Of a stretch of DNA of 32,000 nt, positions 1-9,101 are shown piece after piece. The stretch's first letter is position 1, and every line of letters starts with the position of its first letter. Origin of the DNA: Candidatus Kuenenia stuttgartensis (GTDB lineage Bacteria > Planctomycetota > Brocadiia > Brocadiales > Brocadiaceae); contig NZ_LT934425.1 in NCBI RefSeq assembly GCF_900232105.1, forward strand, positions 2,670,001 through 2,702,000, read 5' to 3'. Position numbers and translations under genes: made by a program. A model generated the notes under the pieces. It searched no databases, was not told the DNA's origin, and worked only from the letters and a program-made list of their open reading frames with translations.

Positions 1-1
1 T

Positions 2-571
2 GAAAATGATATAACGCTTATAAAAAACCGTTATATCAACTCATGCCATCATCTTGATTCACAACTCGGCAGGATAATACATTATTTGGAATCAAATCAA
101 CTGCTTGAAAAAACCATTGTTATCATTACGGGCGACCATGGTGAGGAATTTATGGAAAAAGGACATTGGGGACACAACTCCGCCTATACGGAAGAACAGA
201 TCCGGGTACCTTTAGTACTCTGGCTGCCAAAGGGACAGCCTCAGCTCGTTACAAAAATGACCAGTCACCTGGATATCCCCGCAACCATAATGCCTCTCTT
301 CGGTACGACAAATCCTGCGAGCGACTATTCGCTGGGACACAATCTCCTTGAACCTACCGGGCGAACATACACTGTTGTTTGCGATTGGGATAGTCTTTGC
401 TATGTTAACCATGACTACAAGGCTGTTTTCCCGCTGCAATCGTATAATTTTCACAAACAAACCACTACCACCAGAACAGATCAGGAAATAGCAGACAAAA
501 AAAGATTCTTTACGTCATCTAAAAACGATCTTGCACTTTTGATGACGGAAATCAATAAATTCAATCAATAA
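2..571 (+). CDS. Sulfatase / alkaline phosphatase superfamily protein, C-terminal part (5' end outside window)
   Basis: Frame is open from base 2; translation contains TGDHGEEFMEKGHWGHNSAYTEEQIRVPLVLWLPKG, the typical sulfatase metal-binding DHGE and GHN..Y.EQIRVPL pattern; stop at 571. Confidence 0.85.
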   Translation, partial: ENDITLIKNRYINSCHHLDSQLGRIIHYLESNQLLEKTIVIITGDHGEEFMEKGHWGHNSAYTEEQIRVPLVLWLPKGQPQLVTKMTSHLDIPATIMPLFGTTNPASDYSLGHNLLEPTGRTYTVVCDWDSLCYVNHDYKAVFPLQSYNFHKQTTTTRTDQEIADKKRFFTSSKNDLALLMTEINKFNQ

Positions 572-674
572 ATTAGGCCTCCGGCAATTTTTTCATGTAG
601 AGCGAAGTGTCATTTCACTCGTGACGAAGCAATCGTTTCGTCCTACAACATTGAAATTCCTAAACGTTAAATTA

Positions 675-1060
675 ATGAGAATAGCTCCGCTATTTCAAAA
701 GCGGTTCTCTCCATGGGTAAGTATTTTATTCCTTTTTCTTATGCTACTATTCCTTGGTTTTGAAGTATACGCCATGCTTTGGTATCACTTCAAAGGACAC
801 GAGGAGCTATCCCAGCTATCCGGAAATTTTTTGCACGTCAGAGAAGAATTGATAAGGGAAAAACCGAAGGAAGAATTCCGGTTTCCGTTATCGGCGATAC
901 GAAAAGTGCGGGCACCTTTGAGAAGATTGCCAGGGAACTGCGCGAAGAGCCCTTATCGTTCGTTGTCTTTCCCGGAGATTTTGTGCGTAGAGGCACAGAA
1001 GGAGAACATCGTTATTTCAAGGCGGAGTTTGCAGCCGAATTTGCATTTCCCTTTTCAGCA
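675..1060 (+). pseudogene. Truncated, frameshifted membrane-anchored metallophosphoesterase fragment
   Basis: N-terminal TM segment (WVSILFLFLMLLFLGFEVYAMLWY) is in the 621..1103 frame; the phosphoesterase-like start SVIGDTKSAGTFEKIARELREEPLSFVVFPGDFVRRG is in the overlapping 779..1153 frame. Frame switch near 880-895; catalytic remainder absent. Confidence 0.6.
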
Positions 1061-1254
1061 TCTTTTCTTAATAGAATACTTTTCGCAAGCGTTGTCTGGT
1101 TAGGTATTGGGGTCGCCTCCCGACTATTGACGATGTTTGCACGCAATGCATAGTCAAATGAATCTGTTTTCCGAAAAACACCACAGACAAGAAATGTTGT
1201 ATCTGACAGTAGATTATGGTGGAATGACATTAACAGAAACAGAGCAAAGGTAGT

Positions 1255-1327
1255 GCAGGGGCGAAGCATTTGCTGTAAATTGTCATAAATGCATTTATAC
1301 CCAAACGTGTAAATGCTTCGTCCCTGC
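1255..1327. repeat. 73-nt inverted-repeat element (17-bp terminal arms)
   Basis: GCAGGGGCGAAGCATTT (1255-1271) pairs with AAATGCTTCGTCCCTGC (1311-1327), 16/17; internal perfect palindrome ATAAATGCATTTAT at 1285-1298. Confidence 0.75.
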
Positions 1328-1348
1328 TTTTGCACGAGTGATTATGAA

Positions 1349-1897
1349 ATGAAAAGATCAAAATTATTATTCTTTATTTTTATTACTGAGGGTTTTGCAT
1401 TACTGTTGGCACTGGTTCTTGCAAAATATCTAAGAATTCAATTGTTGCCTCTGACTGAAAATATTTTACGTGATACTTTCACTGGCACTATTGGGGCTGC
1501 TATTCCTTTCTCTATCTTTGTGCTTCTTCTTTCGGAAAAATCGGGGAAGATGCCTTTCGCAAATTCACTGAGGCAAACGATACTGCATGACCTAAAACCT
1601 CTGTTTTCTCATTTAACGCTCCCTGATATGTGTATAATTTCTCTTTTAGCGGGATTTTCCGAAGAATTACTGTTTCGGGGAGTACTGCAAAATAAACTTG
1701 GCATTTTTGCAGCAAGCGTGATTTTTGGGCTACTCCACTTTATCTCACCGGCATATTTTGTTATTGCATTTTTAATGAGTATATATATCGGATTTTTATG
1801 TTACTATTTACAAAGCCTGCTTATCCCCATACAAATACACTTTGTTTACGATTTGTGCGCATTGATCTATCTGAAACATTTCAGGAGGTTTAAATAA
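1349..1897 (+). CDS. CPBP-family intramembrane metalloprotease
   Basis: EELLFRGVLQNKLG and FGLLHF motifs in a multi-TM protein; the ORF opens at 1313 but MKRSK at 1349 is the more likely start. Confidence 0.85.
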   Translation: MKRSKLLFFIFITEGFALLLALVLAKYLRIQLLPLTENILRDTFTGTIGAAIPFSIFVLLLSEKSGKMPFANSLRQTILHDLKPLFSHLTLPDMCIISLLAGFSEELLFRGVLQNKLGIFAASVIFGLLHFISPAYFVIAFLMSIYIGFLCYYLQSLLIPIQIHFVYDLCALIYLKHFRRFK

Positions 1898-1949
1898 AGG
1901 CAACACTATTTAGTTTTTAGAAAAAAATCTGCCGATAAGTGATAGGATT

Positions 1950-1978
1950 TGTAGTGCGACGAACCTGGTCGTACTACA
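1950..1978. repeat. Hairpin of the TGTAG...CTACA family
   Basis: TGTAGTGCGAC / GTCGTACTACA, 10/11 pairing, loop GAACCTG; followed by TTGTTGGAATTTTTCAAAAAACTAAAGTGTTA. Confidence 0.75.
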
Positions 1979-2040
1979 TTGTTGGAATTTTTCAAAAAAC
2001 TAAAGTGTTACGAAAATTGAGACAAATATTTTCGATCAAC

Positions 2041-2081
2041 AAGGGTGGCACGGACAAACTCTGTTTGTCCGTGTCATCCTT
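2041..2081. repeat. 41-nt near-perfect hairpin upstream of the RCC1-repeat gene
   Basis: AAGGGTGGCACGGACAAAC TCT GTTTGTCCGTGTCATCCTT; 17/19 paired positions (inner 11 perfect). Confidence 0.8.
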
Positions 2082-2112
2082 GCAATGAATTTTATTTAAA
2101 AGGAATACGATT

Positions 2113-3276
2113 ATGAGAAATATTTTTTCCCATTTTATCTTCTCCGTATGTAAACTGTTTTTGTGCCTGGTTGTTGTGTTTCTCGTTTCAACACTGGCGG
2201 TCAAAACTTCCTTTGCTGTTCAGGTTGCGCCCAAAATAGCGGCTGGCGCATTTCATACCCTTGCGCTAAAACCAGACGGCTCTCTCTGGTCGTGGGGAAA
2301 AAATGAATACGGCCAACTTGGTGACGGCACCATCAAAAACAAACATTCCCCCGTGCAGGTAAAACACCTTAGCAGTATTATTGTAATCGATGGAGGAGCG
2401 TGGCACAGTATTGCTTTAAAATCCGATGGAACAGTGTGGGCATGGGGAGGAAATTGGGCGGGTCAATTAGGAGACGGTTCCTATAAAAGCAGCAACATTC
2501 CTATTAAAACAAAAGAATTAAGCGGCATTATCGCCATTTCCTGCGGAGGACAACACAATCTGGCGCTAAAATCTGATGGAACGGTATGGGCATGGGGCAT
2601 TAATGACAAGGGACAGCTCGGCATTGGCGATGCTAAAAACCAACAGATTCCCATCCGGATACCAGGACTAAACAATATTGTTGCTATTAGCGCCGGGGGG
2701 TATCACAGCCTTGCCATTAAATCTGACGGGTCACTGTGGGCATGGGGCTCAAACAATATGGAACAATTGGGTGATGGAAGCGCTACCAACAGGTGTAGCC
2801 CTGTCCATGTAAGCAATCTTCGCGACATCATTGCCGTGAACGGGGGAGGCGATTTCAGCCTTGCATTGAAATCCGACGGCACAATCATGGCATGGGGGTC
2901 AAATGGCTTGAGTCAATTGGGCGATGGAACAACTACAAACAGAAACACACCCGTTAACGTATCTGATGTACGGGATATCATAGAAATAGCTGCTAAAGGG
3001 AATCATAGCCTTGCGCTTACCATTGAAGGCAAGGTTTGGGAATTTGGCAGCATAGGAGCGACTCCCACGGAAAAAGAAGTTACATTGCCTGCCTATCGCC
3101 CTGTTTTAGTAAACGAGATAACCGATGTTATTGCAATAGCATGCGGAGAATTCCACAATGTTGTGCTTAAAAACGACGGCAGTTTGTGGGTGTGGGGCAT
3201 AAATAATTTTGGTCAATTGGGAGATGGCACTGTCGGCAGCAAAACAAAACCCGTTTTGATCTGCAAATGGTATTGA
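2113..3276 (+). CDS. Secreted RCC1-repeat (beta-propeller) protein
   Basis: N-terminal hydrophobic signal; seven tandem units of the form H(S/N)(L)AL K.DG.(V/L)WAWG.N..GQLGDG....; unit 6 is degenerate. Confidence 0.9.
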   Translation: MRNIFSHFIFSVCKLFLCLVVVFLVSTLAVKTSFAVQVAPKIAAGAFHTLALKPDGSLWSWGKNEYGQLGDGTIKNKHSPVQVKHLSSIIVIDGGAWHSIALKSDGTVWAWGGNWAGQLGDGSYKSSNIPIKTKELSGIIAISCGGQHNLALKSDGTVWAWGINDKGQLGIGDAKNQQIPIRIPGLNNIVAISAGGYHSLAIKSDGSLWAWGSNNMEQLGDGSATNRCSPVHVSNLRDIIAVNGGGDFSLALKSDGTIMAWGSNGLSQLGDGTTTNRNTPVNVSDVRDIIEIAAKGNHSLALTIEGKVWEFGSIGATPTEKEVTLPAYRPVLVNEITDVIAIACGEFHNVVLKNDGSLWVWGINNFGQLGDGTVGSKTKPVLICKWY

Positions 3277-3421
3277 AGAAACATTCCCGTTGGCAGTCTA
3301 CTGTCGGCAAATTGCAGATTGTGGACTGTGGGCTGGGCTAAGCCATGAGTGGCCGTTTACTGGGAACATATGTCGTCATGTATAATTTACAACGCACAAA
3401 CCTTTCTTTTTATAAAAGACT

Positions 3422-4348
3422 ATGAACACTATAAAATATTCCCAACATCTTTTCACCGCTCTTTCCGCCGCCGGTAAAGCGGGACGCGCAATCTTAGAAG
3501 TGTACTACACCGATTTTGCAGTTGAGCACAAAGACGATACATCTCCTTTGACGCTGGCAGACAAGCATTCGCATGAAGTTATTACAAAAGACCTGAAAAC
3601 CCTGACTACCGGCAATAATTCCGGCAATGCCAATGCTGTCTCCTCACTGCCTGTATTAAGTGAGGAAGGGAAAGAGATACCCTATACCGAGAGGAGATAC
3701 TGGGAATCTTTTTGGTTGGTTGATCCGCTTGACGGTACCAAGGAATTTATTAAGAGAAACGGCGAATTTACCGTAAACATTGCCCTTATCCATAAAAACA
3801 GGCCTGTTTTAGGTTGTATTTATGTGCCGGTCAAGGATGTTCTTTATTTTGCATGCGAAGGATTAGGGGCATATAGGCGGGAAAACAATCAAGGCATAGC
3901 AAATGTTTTATCATTAAAAGAACTTGTTGATAGTTCGGAAAGATTGCCATCACGCCATACTCATAAAAAGAATGTTGAAAACAATCGTTCCCCGGACGAA
4001 GATGGAATTCATCTGACGGTTATCGGAAGCCGTTCACATCCTTCGGAGCAATTTGCAAAATTTGTGGAAAGTTTGCGTGGTGAAGGGCGGAAAATTGAAA
4101 TCATCTCCGCAGGGAGTTCTCTGAAATTCTGCCTTTTGGCTGAGGGCAAGGCGGATATTTACCCAAGGTTTGGCCCAACAATGGAATGGGATACGGCGGC
4201 AGGACAAGCAATTGTCGAGCAGAGCAATGGGAAAATAATGGATGCAGAAACCAATATGCCTTTGAAATATAATAAGGAAAATCTGGTCAACCCGTTTTTT
4301 ATAGGAAGGGGAGAAAATAGTCCCTTCCCGCCCATTACAGGGCAATAG
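3422..4348 (+). CDS. cysQ: 3'(2'),5'-bisphosphate nucleotidase, inositol monophosphatase family
   Basis: LPVLSEEGKEIPYTERRYWESFWLVDPLDGTKEFIKRNGEFTVNIALI and PRFGPTMEWDTAAGQAIVE, diagnostic CysQ/IMPase motifs. Confidence 0.93.
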   Translation: MNTIKYSQHLFTALSAAGKAGRAILEVYYTDFAVEHKDDTSPLTLADKHSHEVITKDLKTLTTGNNSGNANAVSSLPVLSEEGKEIPYTERRYWESFWLVDPLDGTKEFIKRNGEFTVNIALIHKNRPVLGCIYVPVKDVLYFACEGLGAYRRENNQGIANVLSLKELVDSSERLPSRHTHKKNVENNRSPDEDGIHLTVIGSRSHPSEQFAKFVESLRGEGRKIEIISAGSSLKFCLLAEGKADIYPRFGPTMEWDTAAGQAIVEQSNGKIMDAETNMPLKYNKENLVNPFFIGRGENSPFPPITGQ

Positions 4349-4372
4349 TTACCAAAATTCTTAACCTTCATG

Positions 4373-4786
4373 CTATGTACTCAGGATTTCGCTTACTTTA
4401 TGAAATAATTTATCAGGAATTATCGGTTTTTGCAGAAAATATACTCTCCCATCCTGGAGGTCTTTGTTTGTTAAAATATTTTCTGAATATCCGCCCATAA
4501 ATAATGTTTTAATATCGGGTTTGATTTTTTTAATACGGTCATATGCATTCCTGCCATTCATTCCCGGCATCATGACGTCGAACAGCAGCATATCAATGCA
4601 GCCTTTATGTCCCTCAAATTTATTTACCGCGTCCTCACCGTCCACCGCGGAAATCACCTTGTATCCCTTGTTTTCAAGCAGTTTTTCCATTATTTCCCTC
4701 ACGGCATATTCATCTTCGGCCACAAGGATTGCTTCCGGCTTTTCGCTGCCTGCGGCATACATTGTTTCCGGCACGTCTATTACCAC
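4373..4786 (-). CDS. Stand-alone response-regulator receiver domain (GTG start)
   Basis: AILVAEDEYAVREIMEKLLENKGYKVISAVDGEDAV...LLFDVMMPGMNG...KTLFMGGYS...FLQKPI: acidic pair, phosphoacceptor D and K present. Confidence 0.88.
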   Translation of the reverse strand: MVIDVPETMYAAGSEKPEAILVAEDEYAVREIMEKLLENKGYKVISAVDGEDAVNKFEGHKGCIDMLLFDVMMPGMNGRNAYDRIKKIKPDIKTLFMGGYSENILTNKDLQDGRVYFLQKPIIPDKLFHKVSEILST

Positions 4787-5046
4787 TTTTTTGCAAAATG
4801 CAAAGAAATTACTGATAAGGTATTATTGTATCAAACGATCGCTCACGGTTCACTAAATTATTGTCGTCAAAATCAATGGATATATTGTTGCAGAAACATC
4901 TGCCTCCCGACGCATCCGTTCACATTCTATTTCCACGAACGGCGACCGGACTTCCCGCTACAATAAAGAATTGCGGCTTGATGTTCCCCATACCGTATAG
5001 TAAAATCAGACCCGGTATGACATTGTTTCCCAGTAACAATTAAAAA

Positions 5047-5101
5047 CGCTCGTTCCCAAGTAGCGGCAAAGGCATGCCTTGCCGCTACTTGGGAACGAGC
5101 G
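5047..5101. repeat. Long palindrome, GTTCCC family
   Basis: CGCTCGTTCCCAAGTAGCGGCAAAGGCA / TGCCTTGCCGCTACTTGGGAACGAGCG; perfect apart from a 1-nt bulge. Confidence 0.9.
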
Positions 5102-5191
5102 CGTAATGACAAAATGATTTAAAATGCTAAACAAGCACATCTTTCGTATTTCGCATCTCGAATTTCACCATTTCAGTCCGGAAAGTAGTAT

Positions 5192-7651
5192 ATGATAAAA
5201 GGCGTCACCCTCTTTAGCGGCATTGGCAGAAAGCTATTCTGCTGGTTTTTGCTGTTATCTATTTTCCCCATCATAGTTGTCGCTACACTTACATATCGGT
5301 ATGGTAAGGAAACTATTAAGAATGAACTCCTCAAAGAGGAAGCATTCATCGCCGAAGGGATCAAAAACCACATACTTACCATTCTTGACGCGGGTGAATA
5401 TTCGGCACAATTTTTCGCATCTGACGAGTTTATCCGAATGCATTTAGAGATGCTTAATCACAATCCTGACAACAAAAATGTCGTAAAAAAATTTAATGAT
5501 TATCTGGTGTACAAGACGAACCTGAATAAGGATTTTTATGAAACCTTTGTTTTAAACCCATCGGGCATAGTTGTTGCCTCAAGCGACGAAAACAGTATCG
5601 GAAAGAAGGAATGCGATGTTGATTATTTTATTTATGGCAAAAATGGTCCTTATATTAAGGATATCTACATAGACAGGGATACGGGAGAGTCTTCTATGGC
5701 CTTTGCGTCTCCTATCATTAGGAAACGCGGACGAAAATTCCTGGGAGTTTTAGTGATCCGTTATAACGCAACGAAGTTAAATGAGATTACCACTGGCAAA
5801 AAGCTGCTTATAAAAGATTATGGCGGCACTTTCCTCAGAAGGGGAGAAACCAGCGAGGCATATATTATAAATAAAAACTATTTGATGATTACTGAATCAA
5901 GATTTAAAACGAATGCTATTTTAACGCAATCGGTTCCTTCTGAACCGGTCACTGCTGTATTTTTAAACGGGCATGAGTTTGTAGGGGTTTACAAGGATTA
6001 CCGGGGTGTTAGTGTTATTGGCGCCGCACGGTACTTAAAGAGAATGGAATGGGTTTTACTGGTGGAAACAGATGCATCGGAGGCATATTATCCGATCTAT
6101 AGATTAAAATACCGCGCAATCACCATGGTTGGCATATGCATTATCGGCGTGATATTTGTATCATTATTTGTTTCACGGGGGATTATCAATCCCATCCTCA
6201 TGCTTGTTAGGGGTATGAAAAGAGTGGCAGCAGGCGATTTGGATTTTCGGATAAAAAACAACCTGAAAGACGAACTGGGAGAATTGACCGATTCGTTTAA
6301 CAAAATGACGTATTATATTAAAGATTCCAGTGAAAAGATCCTGAACCTAAAGGAGTCCCTTGAAGAAAAAAAAGAATATTTAGAGGGCATTTTAACGTTT
6401 GCAAATGAATTGATCTTTATGCTCGACGCACAGGGCAATTTTACCTTTATCAATCCTAAGATAAAAGACTGGGGCTACGAAGAAGACGAGCTGATAGGGC
6501 GGCATTTGATTTCTCTTTTATTCAACAAACAACAAATGCAGGTGAACCAGATTCTTCATGCCGGTTCCAGCAGGAGAGTGAAAGTCGAAGCGGTGGATAA
6601 ACAAAACAATGTACGAAATGTATTGCTCAGCACTTCCCGGATAAAAAACAAGGAGGGACAATTAATAGGCATATTGGGGGTTGCCAGCGATATTACTGAA
6701 CTAAGAAGTCTGGAGCATAAACTTGTGCAATCGGACAGGCTGGCGTCCATCGGCCAGTTAGTGGCGGGAATTGCCCATGAACTAAATAACCCTATCGGCG
6801 TAATATACCTCTATAGCACAGAAAGTCTGAGGCTTTTTGAAAGGATTACCAACACTTTTAAAGAAAGCAACACACTTTCCATCATTGAAGATACACAGCG
6901 GCTGATCAAGGTTCTTTCTGCCATTGACTGCGGGTCGTTTGTTAATAAGGAACTGTTTGAACAGGAATTGTCCTCCATAATTGAAAACCTGAAAAATAAC
7001 AGCAGGAGATTTGAGGAGACCTATAACGTTATCAGCAAAAACAGATTTCATTTACATGAATACCTTGAGGGTTCCGCAAAGGAATCCATTCGATGTAAAG
7101 AATTAATTGGCGGGTTGCTGGATTTTTCCCGGCAGAAAGAGCCGAGAATGAGCTGGTCAAATGTCAATAAGTTGATCGACAATATACTCAATATTGTGGA
7201 AAAGCAATACCGAAAAGAGAAGATTGACGTTGTGAGAAATTTTGATCCCCGTATCCCTGATACGATGATGGATAGCAGCCAGGTAGAGCAGGTTATTATT
7301 AACATTGCCAACAATGCCGTCTTTGCAATAAAAGAATCTCTGAAAGAAGCCTTGCGTGAAGACGTCCGCAAAAAAGGGATACTGACAATTGGCACACATT
7401 TTCACGCAGATAAGGAATCGATAGAAATATGCATAAAAGATAACGGCATGGGCATCAATAAGCATGATTTGGGGAAGATATTTGATCCTTTTTTTACGGC
7501 AAGAAAAGATGGAAAGGGGACGGGACTGGGATTAAGCATCAGCTACGGAATTGTAAAAATGCACGATGGAAGTATTGAGGCAGAAAGTATGGCGGGAAAA
7601 GGTACAACATTCAGGATATTCCTGCCGGTAAAGGGGAAAAAACCAAAATGA
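5192..7651 (+). CDS. Membrane sensor histidine kinase (Cache - HAMP - PAS - HisKA - HATPase)
   Basis: Extracytoplasmic Cache-like region between two TM segments; HAMP (ISRGIINPILMLVRGMKRVAAGDLDFRI); PAS (GILTFANELIFMLDAQGNFTFINPKI); H-box AGIAHELNNP; ATPase N and G boxes (INIANNAV, GMGINKHDLGKIFDPFFTARKDGKGTGLGLSI). Confidence 0.95.
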   Translation: MIKGVTLFSGIGRKLFCWFLLLSIFPIIVVATLTYRYGKETIKNELLKEEAFIAEGIKNHILTILDAGEYSAQFFASDEFIRMHLEMLNHNPDNKNVVKKFNDYLVYKTNLNKDFYETFVLNPSGIVVASSDENSIGKKECDVDYFIYGKNGPYIKDIYIDRDTGESSMAFASPIIRKRGRKFLGVLVIRYNATKLNEITTGKKLLIKDYGGTFLRRGETSEAYIINKNYLMITESRFKTNAILTQSVPSEPVTAVFLNGHEFVGVYKDYRGVSVIGAARYLKRMEWVLLVETDASEAYYPIYRLKYRAITMVGICIIGVIFVSLFVSRGIINPILMLVRGMKRVAAGDLDFRIKNNLKDELGELTDSFNKMTYYIKDSSEKILNLKESLEEKKEYLEGILTFANELIFMLDAQGNFTFINPKIKDWGYEEDELIGRHLISLLFNKQQMQVNQILHAGSSRRVKVEAVDKQNNVRNVLLSTSRIKNKEGQLIGILGVASDITELRSLEHKLVQSDRLASIGQLVAGIAHELNNPIGVIYLYSTESLRLFERITNTFKESNTLSIIEDTQRLIKVLSAIDCGSFVNKELFEQELSSIIENLKNNSRRFEETYNVISKNRFHLHEYLEGSAKESIRCKELIGGLLDFSRQKEPRMSWSNVNKLIDNILNIVEKQYRKEKIDVVRNFDPRIPDTMMDSSQVEQVIINIANNAVFAIKESLKEALREDVRKKGILTIGTHFHADKESIEICIKDNGMGINKHDLGKIFDPFFTARKDGKGTGLGLSISYGIVKMHDGSIEAESMAGKGTTFRIFLPVKGKKPK

Positions 7652-9039
7652 ACAGAACTAAAATATTGGTCGTTGATGATGAAGAGGGATACCGAAAGGT
7701 GCTTTATAACGCACTCACCGAACGCGGATTCCAGGTCAAAACAGCAGCATCGGGAGAAGAGGCGCTTGCGGAATTTAAAAAAAACTCGTTCTCTCTCATT
7801 GTTATCGATATGAAACTTCCCGGCAGCATTGACGGGCTTGAATTGCTTCAAAGGGCAAAGGAAATGAATAATGCTTCCATCCTGATAATGACCGCCTACG
7901 GCGGGATAGACACTGCCGTAGAGGCAATGAGGCGAGGTGCGTTTAATTACATCACAAAGCCCTTTAGCATTGATGAAATCATGCTTAATATTGAACGCAT
8001 GATTGAGCAAAATAAAATTATTGAAGAAAACAACTATCTTCATTCCGAGCTGGAAAAGGCATTTGGGCGAAAAACCATTATCGGGAATTCGAAAGAAATA
8101 CAGAAGGTTATGGATATGATTTCCAGGGTTGCATTTAGCTCCGCCACCGTTTTAATCACCGGCGAGAGCGGCACAGGTAAGGAACTCGTGGCGCGGGCAA
8201 TCCATTTTAACGGCAATAGAAAGCATAAAAAATTCGTAGTAATCAATTGCGCCACCCTGTCTGAGCATCTTTTGGAAAGTGAATTGTTCGGACATGTCAG
8301 GGGCGCCTTTACCGGCGCTATAAAAGATAAAAAGGGCCTTTTCGAAGAGGCAGACGGCGGCACCCTCTTTATGGATGAGATTGGAGATATTCCAACACCG
8401 GTTCAGGCAAAAATCCTGCGCGTTCTGCAGGAAGGGGAATTTATCCCGCTGGGAGATACCGTTGCACGAAATGTAGACGTCCGGATTATTGCTGCGACAA
8501 ACCAGCACCTGCTCAAAAAAGTACGGGATAAGGAATTTCGCGAGGATTTATACTACCGGCTGAATGTAATCAATATAAAAATGCCTCCGTTGCGGGAGAG
8601 AAAAGAAGATATTCCGCTATTAATAAAACACTTTATCGAAAAATATAATAAAAAAGAAAACAAGCAGATAAAGGGGCTTTCTCCCGAAACGGAAATGGAA
8701 TTATATAAATATCACTGGCCGGGTAATGTGCGTGAACTTGAAAACGCAATAGAAAGGGCCGTTACCCTTACCAATGAACCAATCATTCCGCTACATGTTA
8801 TTTTACCCATTGTACGGAAAGAAGACGGCAACAACATGCTCTTGGACGACCTGCTTTCTCATCCTTACAAAGAAGCGCGAAAAAAGGCCCTTGATGTCTT
8901 TAATACTAAATATGTAATGAATATCATTAATAAAAATAGTGGTAACGTAACCAACGCAGCAAGAGAATGCAAGATAGAAAGACAATATTTGCAACGCATG
9001 TTGAAAAAATACGCTATCAAATCAAGGCAGATAATATAA
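7648..9039 (+). CDS. Sigma54-dependent response regulator (REC - AAA+ - HTH_8), NtrC/ZraR family
   Basis: REC domain, Walker A GESGTGKE, GAFTGA, GGTLFMDEIGDIP, GNVRELENAIERA and C-terminal Fis-like HTH. Overlaps the kinase stop by 4 nt (ATGA). Confidence 0.96.
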   Translation: MNRTKILVVDDEEGYRKVLYNALTERGFQVKTAASGEEALAEFKKNSFSLIVIDMKLPGSIDGLELLQRAKEMNNASILIMTAYGGIDTAVEAMRRGAFNYITKPFSIDEIMLNIERMIEQNKIIEENNYLHSELEKAFGRKTIIGNSKEIQKVMDMISRVAFSSATVLITGESGTGKELVARAIHFNGNRKHKKFVVINCATLSEHLLESELFGHVRGAFTGAIKDKKGLFEEADGGTLFMDEIGDIPTPVQAKILRVLQEGEFIPLGDTVARNVDVRIIAATNQHLLKKVRDKEFREDLYYRLNVINIKMPPLRERKEDIPLLIKHFIEKYNKKENKQIKGLSPETEMELYKYHWPGNVRELENAIERAVTLTNEPIIPLHVILPIVRKEDGNNMLLDDLLSHPYKEARKKALDVFNTKYVMNIINKNSGNVTNAARECKIERQYLQRMLKKYAIKSRQII

Positions 9040-9101
9040 TTGCCAACCTACAGTCGACAATCAGCAAATTGCAGATTGAGGATTGGGGATTGCTACAATA
9101 A

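Noticed and set aside
1012-1335. 107-aa minus-strand ORF
   Set aside because: Covers the pseudogene tail and the inverted-repeat element; no independent support.
2230-3270. Regularly spaced repeats that might suggest a CRISPR-like or satellite array
   Set aside because: They are ~150-bp coding repeats giving RCC1 protein units in one continuous ORF; no short identical repeats with unique spacers.
6782-7502. Several antisense ORFs opposite the histidine kinase (for example 6782-7051, 7048-7395, 7157-7465)
   Set aside because: They lie opposite well-conserved kinase domains and have no recognisable protein features.
8040-8508. Antisense ORFs opposite the sigma54 regulator
   Set aside because: Opposite the conserved AAA+ core; byproducts of codon composition.
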